A stretch of DNA of 64,000 nucleotides, from assembly GCA_965203195.1 (NCBI GenBank), contig OZ241860.1, forward strand, positions 1,794,334 to 1,858,333, in the 5' to 3' direction. The position numbers and the translations under genes are program-made. The stretch's first letter is position 1. Every line of letters starts with the position of its first letter. The notes below the pieces were generated by a model, which ran no database searches, was not told where the DNA came from, and saw nothing but the letters and a program-made list of their open reading frames with translations. This DNA is from Dehalococcoidia bacterium (GTDB lineage Bacteria > Chloroflexota > Dehalococcoidia > Lucifugimonadales > UBA3495). This document shows positions 45,677 through 59,286 of the stretch, in pieces.

Positions 45677-46873
45677 TCAGATAACCTCCGATGCCCGCAG
45701 GTAGGCCAGGTCCTGGGGGGTGTAACCCAGGGCGGCCAGGGTGCCGGCGTTGTGTTCGCCCAGACGGGGCGCCGGCGCGCGCGCTTGCCAGGGGGAGTCG
45801 CTCATCAGAAAGGGCGCGCCGGGGAAAGTGACTTCGCCCAGGTCGGGGTGTTCCAAGGGGACATAGTAGCCCCGCGCGCGGATTTGCGGGTTGTCCAGGG
45901 TTTCGGCGGGGGAGTCGATGACGCCGTAGATAAACCGCTTTTCGTGAGCGGCGTAGAAAATCTCCCGTTTCTGTCGGGCGGCGAAAATCCGGTCCAGGAT
46001 TTCCCCCAGGGCGGCGGCGTTTTCCAGCCGCGCCGAGGGATTGTCAAAGCGCGGGTCGTCCAGCTCCGGCGCGTCCAGAAAGTCCACCAGAACCCGCCAG
46101 TCGACCGATGCGCCCAGTCCCGGGTTGGGCAGTACGTAGCCGTCGGATACGGCGCGGAGGCGGGTCAGGTCGCCGGTGTGATTGGGCTGGCGGCGGCGCA
46201 CGGCGCCGGTGTAGGTGTAGTTGTTGGTCACATCCCGCAGGGCGGAGGCGATGCTTTCCTGTATGGAAACATCCACCCGCTGGCCCTCTCCGGTGAGGCG
46301 CTGGTGGTAAAGGGCCAGCAAGGTTGCCGAAGCCAGGTTGGAGCCGGCTTTGAACTGGGCCTGGTGGAGGGCGTGTTTCAGCGGTTCCCGGTCGTACCCG
46401 CCGAAAATGTACATCAGCCCGCCGAGGGCGTAGGCCACGATTTCGGTGGCGCGGTAGTCCCGCCAGGGGCCGGTGTGGCCGAAGTTGGAAACGGATGCGA
46501 CCACCAGCCGGGGGTTATGCGCCCGCAGGACGGCGTAGTCCAGACCCAGGGACGGCAGTACACGGGGCGCGAAGTTTTCCACCAGCGCATCGGCGTCGGT
46601 GAGCAGCTCCAGCAGGATGGCGCGCCCGGTTTCCGATTTGAGGTTGAGGGTGACGCTGCGCTTGCTGCTGTTGAGGTAAAGGAAGGGCAGGCTCTTTTCG
46701 GGGTGCGGTTCGTCGTGGTGAAAGGGCGGCAGCCGGCGGGCCGGGTCGCCGCCGGGCCGTTCAATTTTGAGGACGTCCGCGCCGAAATCGGCCAGCAGTT
46801 TGGTGGCGTAGGGGCCGGCGATGTGGTGAGTCAGGTCGATGACCTTGACGCCGGCCAGGGCTGCGCTAGTCAA
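45677..46873 (-). CDS. family III CoA-transferase (CaiB/BaiF)
   Basis: 398 aa with 'GVKVIDLTHHIAGPYATKLLADFGADVLKIERP' and 'ASVSNFGHTGPW'. There is a 1-nt gap to the downstream paralog. Confidence 0.85.
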   Translation of the reverse strand: MTSAALAGVKVIDLTHHIAGPYATKLLADFGADVLKIERPGGDPARRLPPFHHDEPHPEKSLPFLYLNSSKRSVTLNLKSETGRAILLELLTDADALVENFAPRVLPSLGLDYAVLRAHNPRLVVASVSNFGHTGPWRDYRATEIVAYALGGLMYIFGGYDREPLKHALHQAQFKAGSNLASATLLALYHQRLTGEGQRVDVSIQESIASALRDVTNNYTYTGAVRRRQPNHTGDLTRLRAVSDGYVLPNPGLGASVDWRVLVDFLDAPELDDPRFDNPSARLENAAALGEILDRIFAARQKREIFYAAHEKRFIYGVIDSPAETLDNPQIRARGYYVPLEHPDLGEVTFPGAPFLMSDSPWQARAPAPRLGEHNAGTLAALGYTPQDLAYLRASEVI

Positions 46874-47093
46874 GGCGATAATGCTCCGGGTGGGAAATGC
46901 TCCGGGTAGGATAATGCTCCGGGCAGGCGGATTGGCGGCCGCGTTCCCTACCTTCCTTATTTTCAGGATGCCAGCGGGAACGCGGCCCGGAACGGGTTGT
47001 TGATTTTAGCCGGCCGGCGCGGAGGGTACAACGACGGCCGGTTGAGCGGGCGGTGGCGGTGGATGAAACTAGGCCGTCGCGCCGGGCCGGCGG

Positions 47094-47942
47094 TTAGACA
47101 TCGCGGGCAATGGGCGCGCCGACGATGCTGCCCCATTCCGTCCAGGAGCCGTCGTAGTTGCGGACATTTTCGTAGCCCAGCAGCTGGCTCAATACGAACC
47201 AGGTGTGGGAGGAGCGTTCCCCGATGCGGCAGTAGGCGATGGTTTCCCGGCTGCCGTCAATGCCGCGACTGCCGTAAAGTTCGGCCAGTTCGTCGGCCGA
47301 TTTGAAGGCGCCATCCTCCCTGACGGCCTGCCCCCAGGGTATGTTGGCGGCGCCGGGAATATGGCCGTTGCGCTGAGAACCCTCTTGCGGCATATTGGGC
47401 GGGGCGTTGAGGGCGCCGGAGAATTCGTCAGGAGAGCGGACATCCACCAGGGCATGGCTGCCGCTGTCGACGGCCTCCAGCACATAATCCCGCCGGGCGC
47501 GCAGCTCGGTGTTTTCGGCGGCGATGCGGTACTGCGTGGCGGGGTACTGGGGAACCTCGGTGACCAGGGGCCGGTTCTCGGCCAGCCACAGCACGCGCCC
47601 TCCGTTCATCAGGCGGACATCCTGGTGGCCGTAGTAACGAAGCTGCCAGAAGGCCCAGGCGGCGAACCAGTTGTTGTTGTCGCCATACAGGATGATGGCA
47701 GTGTCCGGCGCGATGCCGCTGCGGCTGAGCAGCGCTTCCATTTCGTCGCGGGAAGCGATGTCGCGGACGACGTTATGCTGCAACTGGCTTTGCCAGTTCC
47801 AGGTGACGGCGCCGGCGATGTGGCCCTGCTCGTAGGCGGAAGTGTCCACGTCCACCTCCACCAGCCGGACGCCGGGATCGCCGCCGTGTTCGGCCACCCA
47901 CTGGGTGGATACCAGGGATTCGGGATGCGCGTATTCGGCCAT
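47094..47942 (-). CDS. two-domain rhodanese sulfurtransferase (thiosulfate/3-mercaptopyruvate type)
   Basis: 282 aa with the active-site loop 'AYCRIGERSS' and 'GHIPGA' in both halves. Confidence 0.85.
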   Translation of the reverse strand: MAEYAHPESLVSTQWVAEHGGDPGVRLVEVDVDTSAYEQGHIAGAVTWNWQSQLQHNVVRDIASRDEMEALLSRSGIAPDTAIILYGDNNNWFAAWAFWQLRYYGHQDVRLMNGGRVLWLAENRPLVTEVPQYPATQYRIAAENTELRARRDYVLEAVDSGSHALVDVRSPDEFSGALNAPPNMPQEGSQRNGHIPGAANIPWGQAVREDGAFKSADELAELYGSRGIDGSRETIAYCRIGERSSHTWFVLSQLLGYENVRNYDGSWTEWGSIVGAPIARDV

Positions 47943-48132
47943 TGCTGTACCTCGCTAGAATTGGGGGATTGCGGCAGGCGCTAACCTGCGGCATTATACA
48001 CTACCGGGCGGGGGCGTAACGGGCCGGAATAAGGGGGAACGGCGGCGCCCGTGGGTGCCTTCATCGGCGTCCTGGGGGATTGGGGGGGCTGGTATGCCGG
48101 AAAATTGGCGCCAAAATCCTAGCCCCAGCCCC

Positions 48133-48161
48133 TTGACGGGGGGAAAAACAGCCCCTATACT
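48133..48161 (+). promoter_or_regulatory. strong sigma-70-type promoter upstream of the 23S rRNA gene
   Basis: 'ttgacg' (48133-48138), exactly 17 nt, then 'tatact' (48156-48161), ~160 nt upstream of the mature 23S 5' end. Confidence 0.6.
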
Positions 48162-48322
48162 GCCTGCTTACCAATCGGCCTGACGCTGGTTCCTGCGCGG
48201 GACCGGATGCGCCCACGGCGGAAACGCCGCAGCGGCCGCGGGCGGTTGGGGCAGATTAAAAACCGAATAGGAAGTCTGAATTGTCTTGAACCGAGTCTAG
48301 GGAATTGGAAGTTCCTAGCGTG

Positions 48323-51379
<3,057 letters not shown>

Positions 51380-51487
51380 CACGCCAGGAGCTTCCAATCC
51401 TCTTGGCTCGGTTCAGGTCAGCGCATTTTCAGACTTCCTATTTCGGTTCCGGCCGCGCCAACCGGCGCCGGCCGACCGCGCATACAA

Positions 51488-51562
51488 TGCGGGATGGAGC
51501 AGTGGCAGCTCGTCGGGCTCATAACCCGAAGGTCGTTGGTTCGAGTCCAACTCCCGCTACCA
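51488..51562 (+). tRNA. initiator tRNA-Met (CAT), CCA encoded
   Basis: The cloverleaf folds by hand: D stem gagc/gctc, anticodon stem tcggg/cccga with three consecutive G:C pairs, loop ctCATaa, T arm gttgg-ttcgagt-ccaac. Position 1:72 is unpaired (U/U). It is nearly collinear with E. coli tRNA-fMet. Confidence 0.9.
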
Positions 51563-51572
51563 ATCGCAAACT

Positions 51573-51600
51573 AAAGCCCCGGCAGGAATGCCGGGGCTTT
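51573..51600 (+). terminator. hairpin terminator after the rRNA-tRNA unit
   Basis: 11-bp stem 'aaagccccggc'/'gccggggcttt' with the 6-nt loop 'aggaat'. The T residues form the end of the stem. Confidence 0.55.
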
Positions 51601-51720
51601 GTCATACTAGCGCGCTGAAAAGTGGCCAGCTTGGCCAAGAGGCGAGGCGATGCGCGCCGGGTGATGCGTTAGGGCTTTTCGCATTGTCCAACGCCCACTG
51701 ACTGAGCAAAGGAGGACGAT

Positions 51721-52557
51721 ATGAAACGGGACGCTTACCTGTCCCAACGGGATGTGGCCGGGTTTGTCGAATGGGCCGGCCACCTGGTGCGCGGTGAATG
51801 GGGTCTGGAACATAGCTGGAAGGGCAAAGGGCCTGCCTTTCAGTGTCACACCCTGTACGAGGCTTTCCAAAACTATCGCTGGCCGAATTCCACTCGTCAC
51901 GGCAAAAACGCCGTCGACACCATGACAAGGTTCGCCAAATTTCGCCGGTCTCTGGATGAGATCGGGGTCATCTCAACCTCAGCGCAACGCGACTTGTTCG
52001 TCAGCATATCCCGGGAAATTGCGGCATGGGGCGGTATCAGAAACCTGGCGCGTCTGGACGAATGGGAGCGCATGGAACCGCATCAGCTGCAATGCCACAT
52101 CGCAAAGGTCAGACAACAACTCAACCCGGTCACCGGCGATACCGCCGCTCTGGGCGGGTTCCGCTATATGGGCTCGGCGTTCAGCAAGATTTACTCGGCG
52201 TTGATACCCGGACTGCCCATCTACGACAGCCGGGTAGCCTGCGCCCTGCTCTGCTTGGTCAGGCTGTACTGCCAGGACGCCGGCTTGGCCAGCACTCCGG
52301 AGTGCCTGGCTTTGGGCATACCGTCCTGGCGCGCTCCCCTTACTGAAAGGTGCCGCTCGCCCCAGATTTACGCATCGCAAGAGACGAAATACGCCCAAGC
52401 CAACCTGCGCTTCGCCTGGCTGATGCAAGCGTTGACCGCAGACCCCGGCGAATTCGGCAACCTGCCGGAAGGTCAGTATGTGGACGCGTTAGAGTCAGCG
52501 CTGTTTATGCTGGGGTACGCCCGGCTCCGCGACGATGCGATAGTCAAGGGGTGTTAG
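51721..52557 (+). CDS. hypothetical protein
   Basis: 278-aa ORF with 'aaaggagga' upstream and visibly lower GC than its neighbours. No family was recognised ('...GSAFSKIYSALIPGLPIYDSRVACALL...'). Confidence 0.55.
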   Translation: MKRDAYLSQRDVAGFVEWAGHLVRGEWGLEHSWKGKGPAFQCHTLYEAFQNYRWPNSTRHGKNAVDTMTRFAKFRRSLDEIGVISTSAQRDLFVSISREIAAWGGIRNLARLDEWERMEPHQLQCHIAKVRQQLNPVTGDTAALGGFRYMGSAFSKIYSALIPGLPIYDSRVACALLCLVRLYCQDAGLASTPECLALGIPSWRAPLTERCRSPQIYASQETKYAQANLRFAWLMQALTADPGEFGNLPEGQYVDALESALFMLGYARLRDDAIVKGC

Positions 52558-52602
52558 TCCGGTCAAAATAGCGTACCGCCGCTCGCGCCTCTGCCCATTC
52601 CC

Positions 52603-53127
52603 CTAACCATCGCTCTGGCGCCTGTCCGGCCTAAAAGGCGCCCCGTCAACCAGCACCCGCTTGATGACGGCGTTGCCCCCCTCGTCCAGCGCGATGACTA
52701 CTTTGACATCCCTGGCCTGCTCGATGATATGCCCCGTTCCTTCCGGCACAAAGTAGGCGCCGATGCCGAAATCCAGCCGCCGGCCCGGGCTCACCCGCCC
52801 GCGTATGTAGATAACGCTGTCATCGCCATCGCTGGCGGGACGCTGCCGGGTGTAGTCAACAGCGCGCCATACTTCGCCGCCATCTTCAATGATGACATAC
52901 ACGCTGGCGCCGGGCGGCAAATCGGCCAGGCGTGGCGGCAGGCTGGCGATTTCGTAGTCCAGTATGGCGTAATCGCCCTGCAACAGCGAGCGCGGGTCAA
53001 CGGGGGCGGTCTGTAGGATTACTTCCGTCCCCCGCAGCGCCGCTTCCCGCGCGCCGGCAAAGGCCAGCAGGCCGATAACCTGCGCCGCCACCACGGCGAA
53101 AAACACAATGGCAACCCGCCGCGACAT
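52603..53127 (-). CDS. GDYXXLXY-domain protein
   Basis: An N-terminal TM segment, then 'LLQGDYAILDYEI', the literal GDYxxLxY motif. Its start shares one nt with the upstream stop (TAATG). Confidence 0.75.
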   Translation of the reverse strand: MSRRVAIVFFAVVAAQVIGLLAFAGAREAALRGTEVILQTAPVDPRSLLQGDYAILDYEIASLPPRLADLPPGASVYVIIEDGGEVWRAVDYTRQRPASDGDDSVIYIRGRVSPGRRLDFGIGAYFVPEGTGHIIEQARDVKVVIALDEGGNAVIKRVLVDGAPFRPDRRQSDG

Positions 53128-56100
53128 TATGCTCCCTCCGGCTCCGCGTCCGGCATCCTGTCCGTGGCCGCCGGCATTCCGTCCGCGGCCCGCATACCGC
53201 GCATTATGCGCCGGCGCAGGAACTCCAGGCCGACCCCCAGGGCCAGCATAACCGCCCCGGCGGTGATAAAGGCCAGCGACTGCCCCAGCAGGCCGAACCC
53301 GAACTCAAAGTAGCGGGTGAAAATGGCGATGGCAAAGATGGCAATTGCCAGATTAATCAGCCCGGCCCGGTTCCAGCGGTAGCCCGCGGCGACCATCCCC
53401 AGCACGGCCAGCAGCAGGGCGATGTTCAACGCCAGCCAGGTTAGCGTCCAGCTGTAGGCCAGCCCCAGCCACATTGCGCCGGCCACCGCCAGCATCGCGG
53501 CCAGGGCGCCGGCCTCCCACCTTGCCCGCGCCCGCCGCCGCGCCGCATCCGCCGGCGGTTCGGAGCCGCCGGCGCCCGCCGGCAGATGCCGGGCGGCAAT
53601 GGTCATCGCCACGCCGGCGGCGCACCAGGGGATGGCCGCCGTCAGCCAGTATTCGGCGGCCGCCAGCGCCGATGCGCCCCGGGGCCATAGATTCCCGCCG
53701 TCCCAGAATCCGCTGAAGCTCATCAGATAGGTTGCGAACACCGCCAGCGCCAGGCCGGCCGTATCCGCAAGGCGCGCTCCGGTTGGCGCGTTGCTCAATC
53801 GAGACGGCAGGCGGGCCGACAAACGGGCCGGCATTGACGCTGCGAAGGGGACGCCGTAGGGCGGCGCCGGCGTCGCGCCGAACTGGCGGGCGGGCGGCCG
53901 GCGCGCCATCAGACGGCCGGCGGCGAAAATGAGAGCGGCGATACCCAAAACGGCGGGAGGCAGCAGGTGCAGGCTGTCGCCCTGGTACAAGCCCACGCCC
54001 AGCGCCGGGTAGCGGGTGGCCAGCGCAATGATAAAGACGGCGACGGCCAGATTGACCGGATACGCCGGCCCGGCCCGGCGGCCGGCTATGACCGCTACGG
54101 CCACGCCGGCCAGCAGCGCCACGCCGAAAAACAGCCACATCGCCTCAACCCGGTACGCCAGGCCCAGCCATGCCACCGCCGCCACTGCGCCTAGCGTCGC
54201 AACGGCGCCCGTTTCCCATAGCAGCCCGTCCCACCGCCGGCGGCCGCCGCGCCACCAAGCGATGGCCAGCCCGGCCCCGACCAGGCCCCAGCCGGCGCCG
54301 GCCGCAAACCAGTATTCGGCGCCGACTGCTGCCCAGTCGGGCCACGCCCCGGACGGCCAGATGGCGCGAAAGCTGATGATATGCAGGATGGCGGCCGCCA
54401 GCAGGATCCCGGCCAGCCGGCAGACGCCGGCCGGGATGCGGCTCCATTCCGTCAGGGCGTACAGGCTGCCCGCCGCCACCAGCAGCGCCGCCAAGGTAAT
54501 GCCCGCCGGCGCCAGCAGCAGCAGAGTGTCATCGGGGATGATGGGCAGCCAGGCCAGCGCCCGCAGCGCGGCGGCGAGGGCAAACAGCCCCGTTGCCGCC
54601 GCCAAGATGTAGCCGGACGCCAGGATGCTGGCGATGACCAGGACGCCGGCCAGCCACACCAGGTTGAGCGTCCACCACAGCCCCGGCGTGGGGTAGGCCA
54701 GCCACAGCCCCATAACCAGCGCCGCCGCCGCCATCGTAACCGCCGCCGTTGTCTCCCACCAGTTTTGCCGCCGCCCGCTTCGGCCGCGCCACCATATGGC
54801 TCCCATGGCGCCGGCGACCAGGCACCAGCCAATGCCCGTTGCCGTCCAGTACTCAACCGCGGCTGCCGACCAGATTGCCGAAGGAGCTGGCAGGGCCGGC
54901 GCCCAGATGCCGTATTGCGCTATGCCGTACACGGCGCCGGCGGCGATGACGGCGCCGGCGATGGCAATCAGGCGGGCGGCGGTTTGCATCCCCATCCGCG
55001 CCCCCGTACCCGTATCCGTACCCGTACCCGTACCGGAGAAGCGGGCTAACAGCCGGCCGGCGGCGAAAAGCGCCGCGCCCAGTCCTACGGCGGCCGGCGC
55101 CAGCAGCAGGGCCGTTTCCTCGTCAATAAGGTCCACCCACCGGAACGACCGCAGGACCAGGGCGACCACAAATAGCGCCGTTGCCGTCGCCAGCAGCCGG
55201 CCGGATTGCCGAATCCAGCCTATTGCCGCCAGGCCGAGGAACCACGCCAGGGCCAGCAACCACCACGAGCCGGGCACAGACCAGGCCAGCAGCCGGAGCC
55301 ACATTGCCAGGGTCACCGCAGCCATCGTGGCCAAAGTCGCCGCTTCCCACGGCAACAGCGGGGCGTTCCATCGACTGCCGTGGCGACCATCGTGGCGACC
55401 GCCGTAGCGCCAGCAGAAGGCCAGGGCGCCGGCGGCGGCGCACCAGACCAGCGCCATCGTTACCCAGTACTCGGCGGTAACCGATGCCCATTCTATGGTC
55501 AGATCATCGGTCAGGATGCCGGTCAGAGTTATTATGCCAACGGTCAGGCTGGCCATTGCGATGCCCGGAATAACAGTCAAGCGGACAAAGGGGCGCGTCC
55601 AGTCAAAGCGCGCCTGCAACCGCCCGGCGGCAAACAGCAGCGTCGCCAGGGTGAGGGCCGCCGGCAGCAACAGCAGCGCCGTGTCCTCCCCGAAGCCATC
55701 CGACCACCGCTGGGCCCGGAAGCCGGCCGCCGCCAGCAGCAGGATTAATGCCAGCGTCAGCAGCGACCGGGCGCGGACGATATAGGCGATGGGGGCAACG
55801 CCCAGAAACCACGCCGCAGTCAAACCGGGATGGCTGACCGGCAGGTGATAAATCTGGGCGATCAGGTGAATGGCGGCGCCATAGGCCAGCGCGCCGGTCA
55901 GAATCACCGCCGCGCCGGCGCGCCGCAGCCCGAATCGGGCCAGCAAGGCCCAGCCGCCGGCATAGATGGCCGCCGTTACCGCCACCAGCAGCACCACCCG
56001 CGCCAGTGGCGGAATTGCGCTCCAGTTGGCTGCGACATAGGTGATGATGCCCAGCCCTACCAGGGTGGCGCCCATTATGGCGATGACCGATATAACCCGC

Positions 56101-56612
56101 CCGCCCAGGGGACTGCCGGCGGCGGGGGTAGCGGCGTCCGAGGCAGCGTCAACACCGGGCGGCGCGGCGGCACCAAGAGCTTCCTCTGTAACCCGCCCGC
56201 CCAGAGCGCTACCGGCGGCGGGGGCAGCGGCGTCCGCGGCAGCGTCAACGCCGGCCGGCGCGGCGGCACGAAGAACTTCCTCCGTAACCTGCCCGTCCGG
56301 GGGGCTGCCGGCGGCGGGGGTGGCGGCGGCCGCGGCAGCGTCAACGCAGGGCGGCACCGTTGCGGCGCCGCCGGGAACTTCCTCTGTAACCCGCCCGACC
56401 AAGGGGCTACCGGCGGTCGGGGCGGCGGCGTCCGCGGCATCGTCAACGCCGGCCAGTGGCGGCGGCGCGGCGGGGCCGGCGGCGGGAACTTCGTCCGGGG
56501 GCGGAGAGTAGCGGCGCAGGATTGCGGCTGCCTGGGCGGCGGAAATCAGGCCCTCGTCCTGCCAGCGCGCTATTTCGAGGCGCAACCGGCGCGTAAAATC
56601 GCCGTCCGGCAT
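53127..56612 (-). CDS. giant polytopic membrane protein (DUF2157 N-terminus plus repeated DUF4401-like transmembrane modules)
   Basis: ATG at 56612 after 'ggagg'. N-terminus 'FTRRLRLEIARWQDEGLISAAQAAAILRRY'. Several dozen hydrophobic segments (not counted) lie in 4-5 similar blocks, each ending in 'WWRG(R/G)..RW...E..A'. Confidence 0.65.
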   Translation of the reverse strand: MPDGDFTRRLRLEIARWQDEGLISAAQAAAILRRYSPPPDEVPAAGPAAPPPLAGVDDAADAAAPTAGSPLVGRVTEEVPGGAATVPPCVDAAAAAATPAAGSPPDGQVTEEVLRAAAPAGVDAAADAAAPAAGSALGGRVTEEALGAAAPPGVDAASDAATPAAGSPLGGRVISVIAIMGATLVGLGIITYVAANWSAIPPLARVVLLVAVTAAIYAGGWALLARFGLRRAGAAVILTGALAYGAAIHLIAQIYHLPVSHPGLTAAWFLGVAPIAYIVRARSLLTLALILLLAAAGFRAQRWSDGFGEDTALLLLPAALTLATLLFAAGRLQARFDWTRPFVRLTVIPGIAMASLTVGIITLTGILTDDLTIEWASVTAEYWVTMALVWCAAAGALAFCWRYGGRHDGRHGSRWNAPLLPWEAATLATMAAVTLAMWLRLLAWSVPGSWWLLALAWFLGLAAIGWIRQSGRLLATATALFVVALVLRSFRWVDLIDEETALLLAPAAVGLGAALFAAGRLLARFSGTGTGTDTGTGARMGMQTAARLIAIAGAVIAAGAVYGIAQYGIWAPALPAPSAIWSAAAVEYWTATGIGWCLVAGAMGAIWWRGRSGRRQNWWETTAAVTMAAAALVMGLWLAYPTPGLWWTLNLVWLAGVLVIASILASGYILAAATGLFALAAALRALAWLPIIPDDTLLLLAPAGITLAALLVAAGSLYALTEWSRIPAGVCRLAGILLAAAILHIISFRAIWPSGAWPDWAAVGAEYWFAAGAGWGLVGAGLAIAWWRGGRRRWDGLLWETGAVATLGAVAAVAWLGLAYRVEAMWLFFGVALLAGVAVAVIAGRRAGPAYPVNLAVAVFIIALATRYPALGVGLYQGDSLHLLPPAVLGIAALIFAAGRLMARRPPARQFGATPAPPYGVPFAASMPARLSARLPSRLSNAPTGARLADTAGLALAVFATYLMSFSGFWDGGNLWPRGASALAAAEYWLTAAIPWCAAGVAMTIAARHLPAGAGGSEPPADAARRRARARWEAGALAAMLAVAGAMWLGLAYSWTLTWLALNIALLLAVLGMVAAGYRWNRAGLINLAIAIFAIAIFTRYFEFGFGLLGQSLAFITAGAVMLALGVGLEFLRRRIMRGMRAADGMPAATDRMPDAEPEGA
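56095..56480 (-). repeat. in-frame tandem repeat (4 units of ~96-102 nt) inside the giant membrane-protein gene
   Basis: Units start at 56095, 56191, 56287 and 56389 ('acccgcccgcccag...gtcaac...ttcctctgta'). They encode 'AAPxAGSPLGGRVTEExLGAAAPPGVDAAxDA'-type 32-34-aa repeats. Confidence 0.85.
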
Positions 56613-56669
56613 CAGACCCGCCTCCGCAGAATGCCCCCCGCAGGAGCCGCTCCGCAAGTTGCAGGGCGG

Positions 56670-57539
56670 CTAGGCGGCGGCGGCATAGCCGGCGTCCCGC
56701 CCCAGCATTTCCGACAAGCCCACCAGCTCAAAGGCGTCGGTGAGGGAAGTCATTTCGGCGGTGAGATGGGCGGTGGTGCCGTAGGCTTTCAGTTCGGCCA
56801 TTACCCGGCTGACGGTGTGGGCCACGGCCATAAAGGCGCTGCCGGGGAAAATGACCATTTTGAAGCCGAGGCACTCCAGTTCGGCCACATTGAGCAGGGG
56901 CGACTTGCCCGTTTCCACGAAGTTGTAGAGCAGAGGCAAGGGGGCGCGGGCGACAAGCGCGGCGGCTTCCTCGGGCGAGCGGATGGCTTCCACAAAGAGG
57001 GCGTCGGCGCCGGCTTCGGCAAAGGCGTCGCAACGGCGCAGGGTGTCGTCCCACCCGGTTACGGCCAGGGCGTCGGTGCGGACGATGATGGTGAAGTCAT
57101 CGTCGGAGCGGGCGTCCACGGCGGCGCGGATTTTCGGGGTCATTTCGCCGATGGGAACGACGCGCTTGTCGTCCAGATGGCCGCAGCGTTTGGGGAACTG
57201 CTGGTCCTCGATGTGGATGGCGGCCACGCCGGCGCGCTCGTATTCGCGGATGGTGCGGCGCACGTTCATAGTGCCGCCGTAGCCGGTATCGGCGTCGGCG
57301 ATGACGGGGATGGGCACGGCGGCGGCGATGGCGGCGGCGTTGGCCAGCATTTCCGTGGCCGTGGCCAGGGCCAGGTCGGGGTAGCCGATGCGGGCCACGG
57401 AGGTTCCGGCCCCGGTCATATAGACGGCCTGGAAGCCGGTTCGGGCGATGATGGCGGCGGTGAGGCAGTCGTAGGCGCCGGGGGCGGCAATGATGCCCGG
57501 CGCGTTCAGCAGCCGGCGAAAACGGGTGGTGGCGCGCAT
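56670..57539 (-). CDS. isocitrate lyase/PEP mutase superfamily enzyme (2-methylisocitrate-lyase-like)
   Basis: 289 aa with 'APGAYDCLTAAIIARTGFQAVYMTGAG', 'DADTGYGG' and 'IHIEDQQFPKRCGHL'. Confidence 0.8.
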   Translation of the reverse strand: MRATTRFRRLLNAPGIIAAPGAYDCLTAAIIARTGFQAVYMTGAGTSVARIGYPDLALATATEMLANAAAIAAAVPIPVIADADTGYGGTMNVRRTIREYERAGVAAIHIEDQQFPKRCGHLDDKRVVPIGEMTPKIRAAVDARSDDDFTIIVRTDALAVTGWDDTLRRCDAFAEAGADALFVEAIRSPEEAAALVARAPLPLLYNFVETGKSPLLNVAELECLGFKMVIFPGSAFMAVAHTVSRVMAELKAYGTTAHLTAEMTSLTDAFELVGLSEMLGRDAGYAAAA

Positions 57540-57854
57540 AGCAGGTATCTCCTCAATTCAACAATTCAATTCCGGGACGCGATGCGATGAGACGGCGGAA
57601 CGGATTGCCGGCGTCCTTACGAGCCGTTGTCCTTCCGCGCCGGCGCCGGAACCGGCCGGCGCGCGGGAACCGGAGTGTACCAAAAGACGCGCGCCGGGTT
57701 GGGCCGGCGAGGCGTATGGTCGCACTCCCGCAGCGACAGAGCCCGATATGCCTTTGCGCCATGGGGGCCGGGCGGGAACGGCAGCGCCGAATCGGAACCG
57801 GGAAGATCGGATTTTAAGGAGAGCCGCCGGGCAGTCGCTGGCGGCAGAAGGCGC

Positions 57855-58676
<822 letters not shown>

Positions 58677-58682
58677 CAGCGG

Positions 58683-59081
58683 TCAGCCGGGGGTTGGGAT
58701 GCGCCAGTCGTCGGGGTTGCGGTTGAGGACGGGGCCGTCGTCCGGGCCGGCGCCGGCGACGATGTTGACCTCAGCGCCGGTGTCCAGGGCGTCGGCGCCG
58801 GTTTCCCGGTGGGTGATGACGCCGATGGGCAGGGCGGCCAGGGTTTCGATGTTGATGCCCGCCAGGCCGCCGAGGTCCAGGGAGAGGCGGAGGGCGGACT
58901 GGTTGTCGGCGGCCTCGGCGATGATGACGAAATCGTAGCGGCCGAGGACGGCGTATTGGGTGAGGATGCGACCGGAGGGGGTTTCGACGCGGGCGGCGGC
59001 TTCGGTAAGGAGGTTGGGGTTGGTGCGGCCCATACGCCGGCCGCGCTCGGTGTAGTGGGCGAGCATTATGTAGTTGGGCAT
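58683..59081 (-). CDS. GYD-domain protein
   Basis: Start at '[11 protein letters not shown]...' (59081). '[25 protein letters not shown]' matches the GYD-family pattern. Confidence 0.55.
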   Translation of the reverse strand: MPNYIMLAHYTERGRRMGRTNPNLLTEAAARVETPSGRILTQYAVLGRYDFVIIAEAADNQSALRLSLDLGGLAGINIETLAALPIGVITHRETGADALDTGAEVNIVAGAGPDDGPVLNRNPDDWRIPTPG

Positions 59082-59286
59082 CAGCGGACACCTTTGGCGA
59101 GGCGCAGGATTGCCGGGGCGGGCCGGCGCCGCCCCGGCCGGACGCCAGTATAACACCGCCGGCGGCCGGTTTGACGGGCGGGCGGCGGCGCATTTGCGGA
59201 AATGGGGATTACAGGGGGAATGAACGAGGGCGCGTCGTGAAATCGCCAGTCAGGCCGGGTGGGGCCGGCATCCGGGGCAAGCGCCT

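Noticed and set aside
51380-51487. 5S rRNA expected between the 23S gene and the tRNA.
   Set aside because: The interval is only 108 nt and is mostly taken up by the 3' arm of the 23S processing stem. It lacks 5S loop-E/helix-IV words such as 'CCCAUGCCGAACUCAGAAGUGAAAC'.
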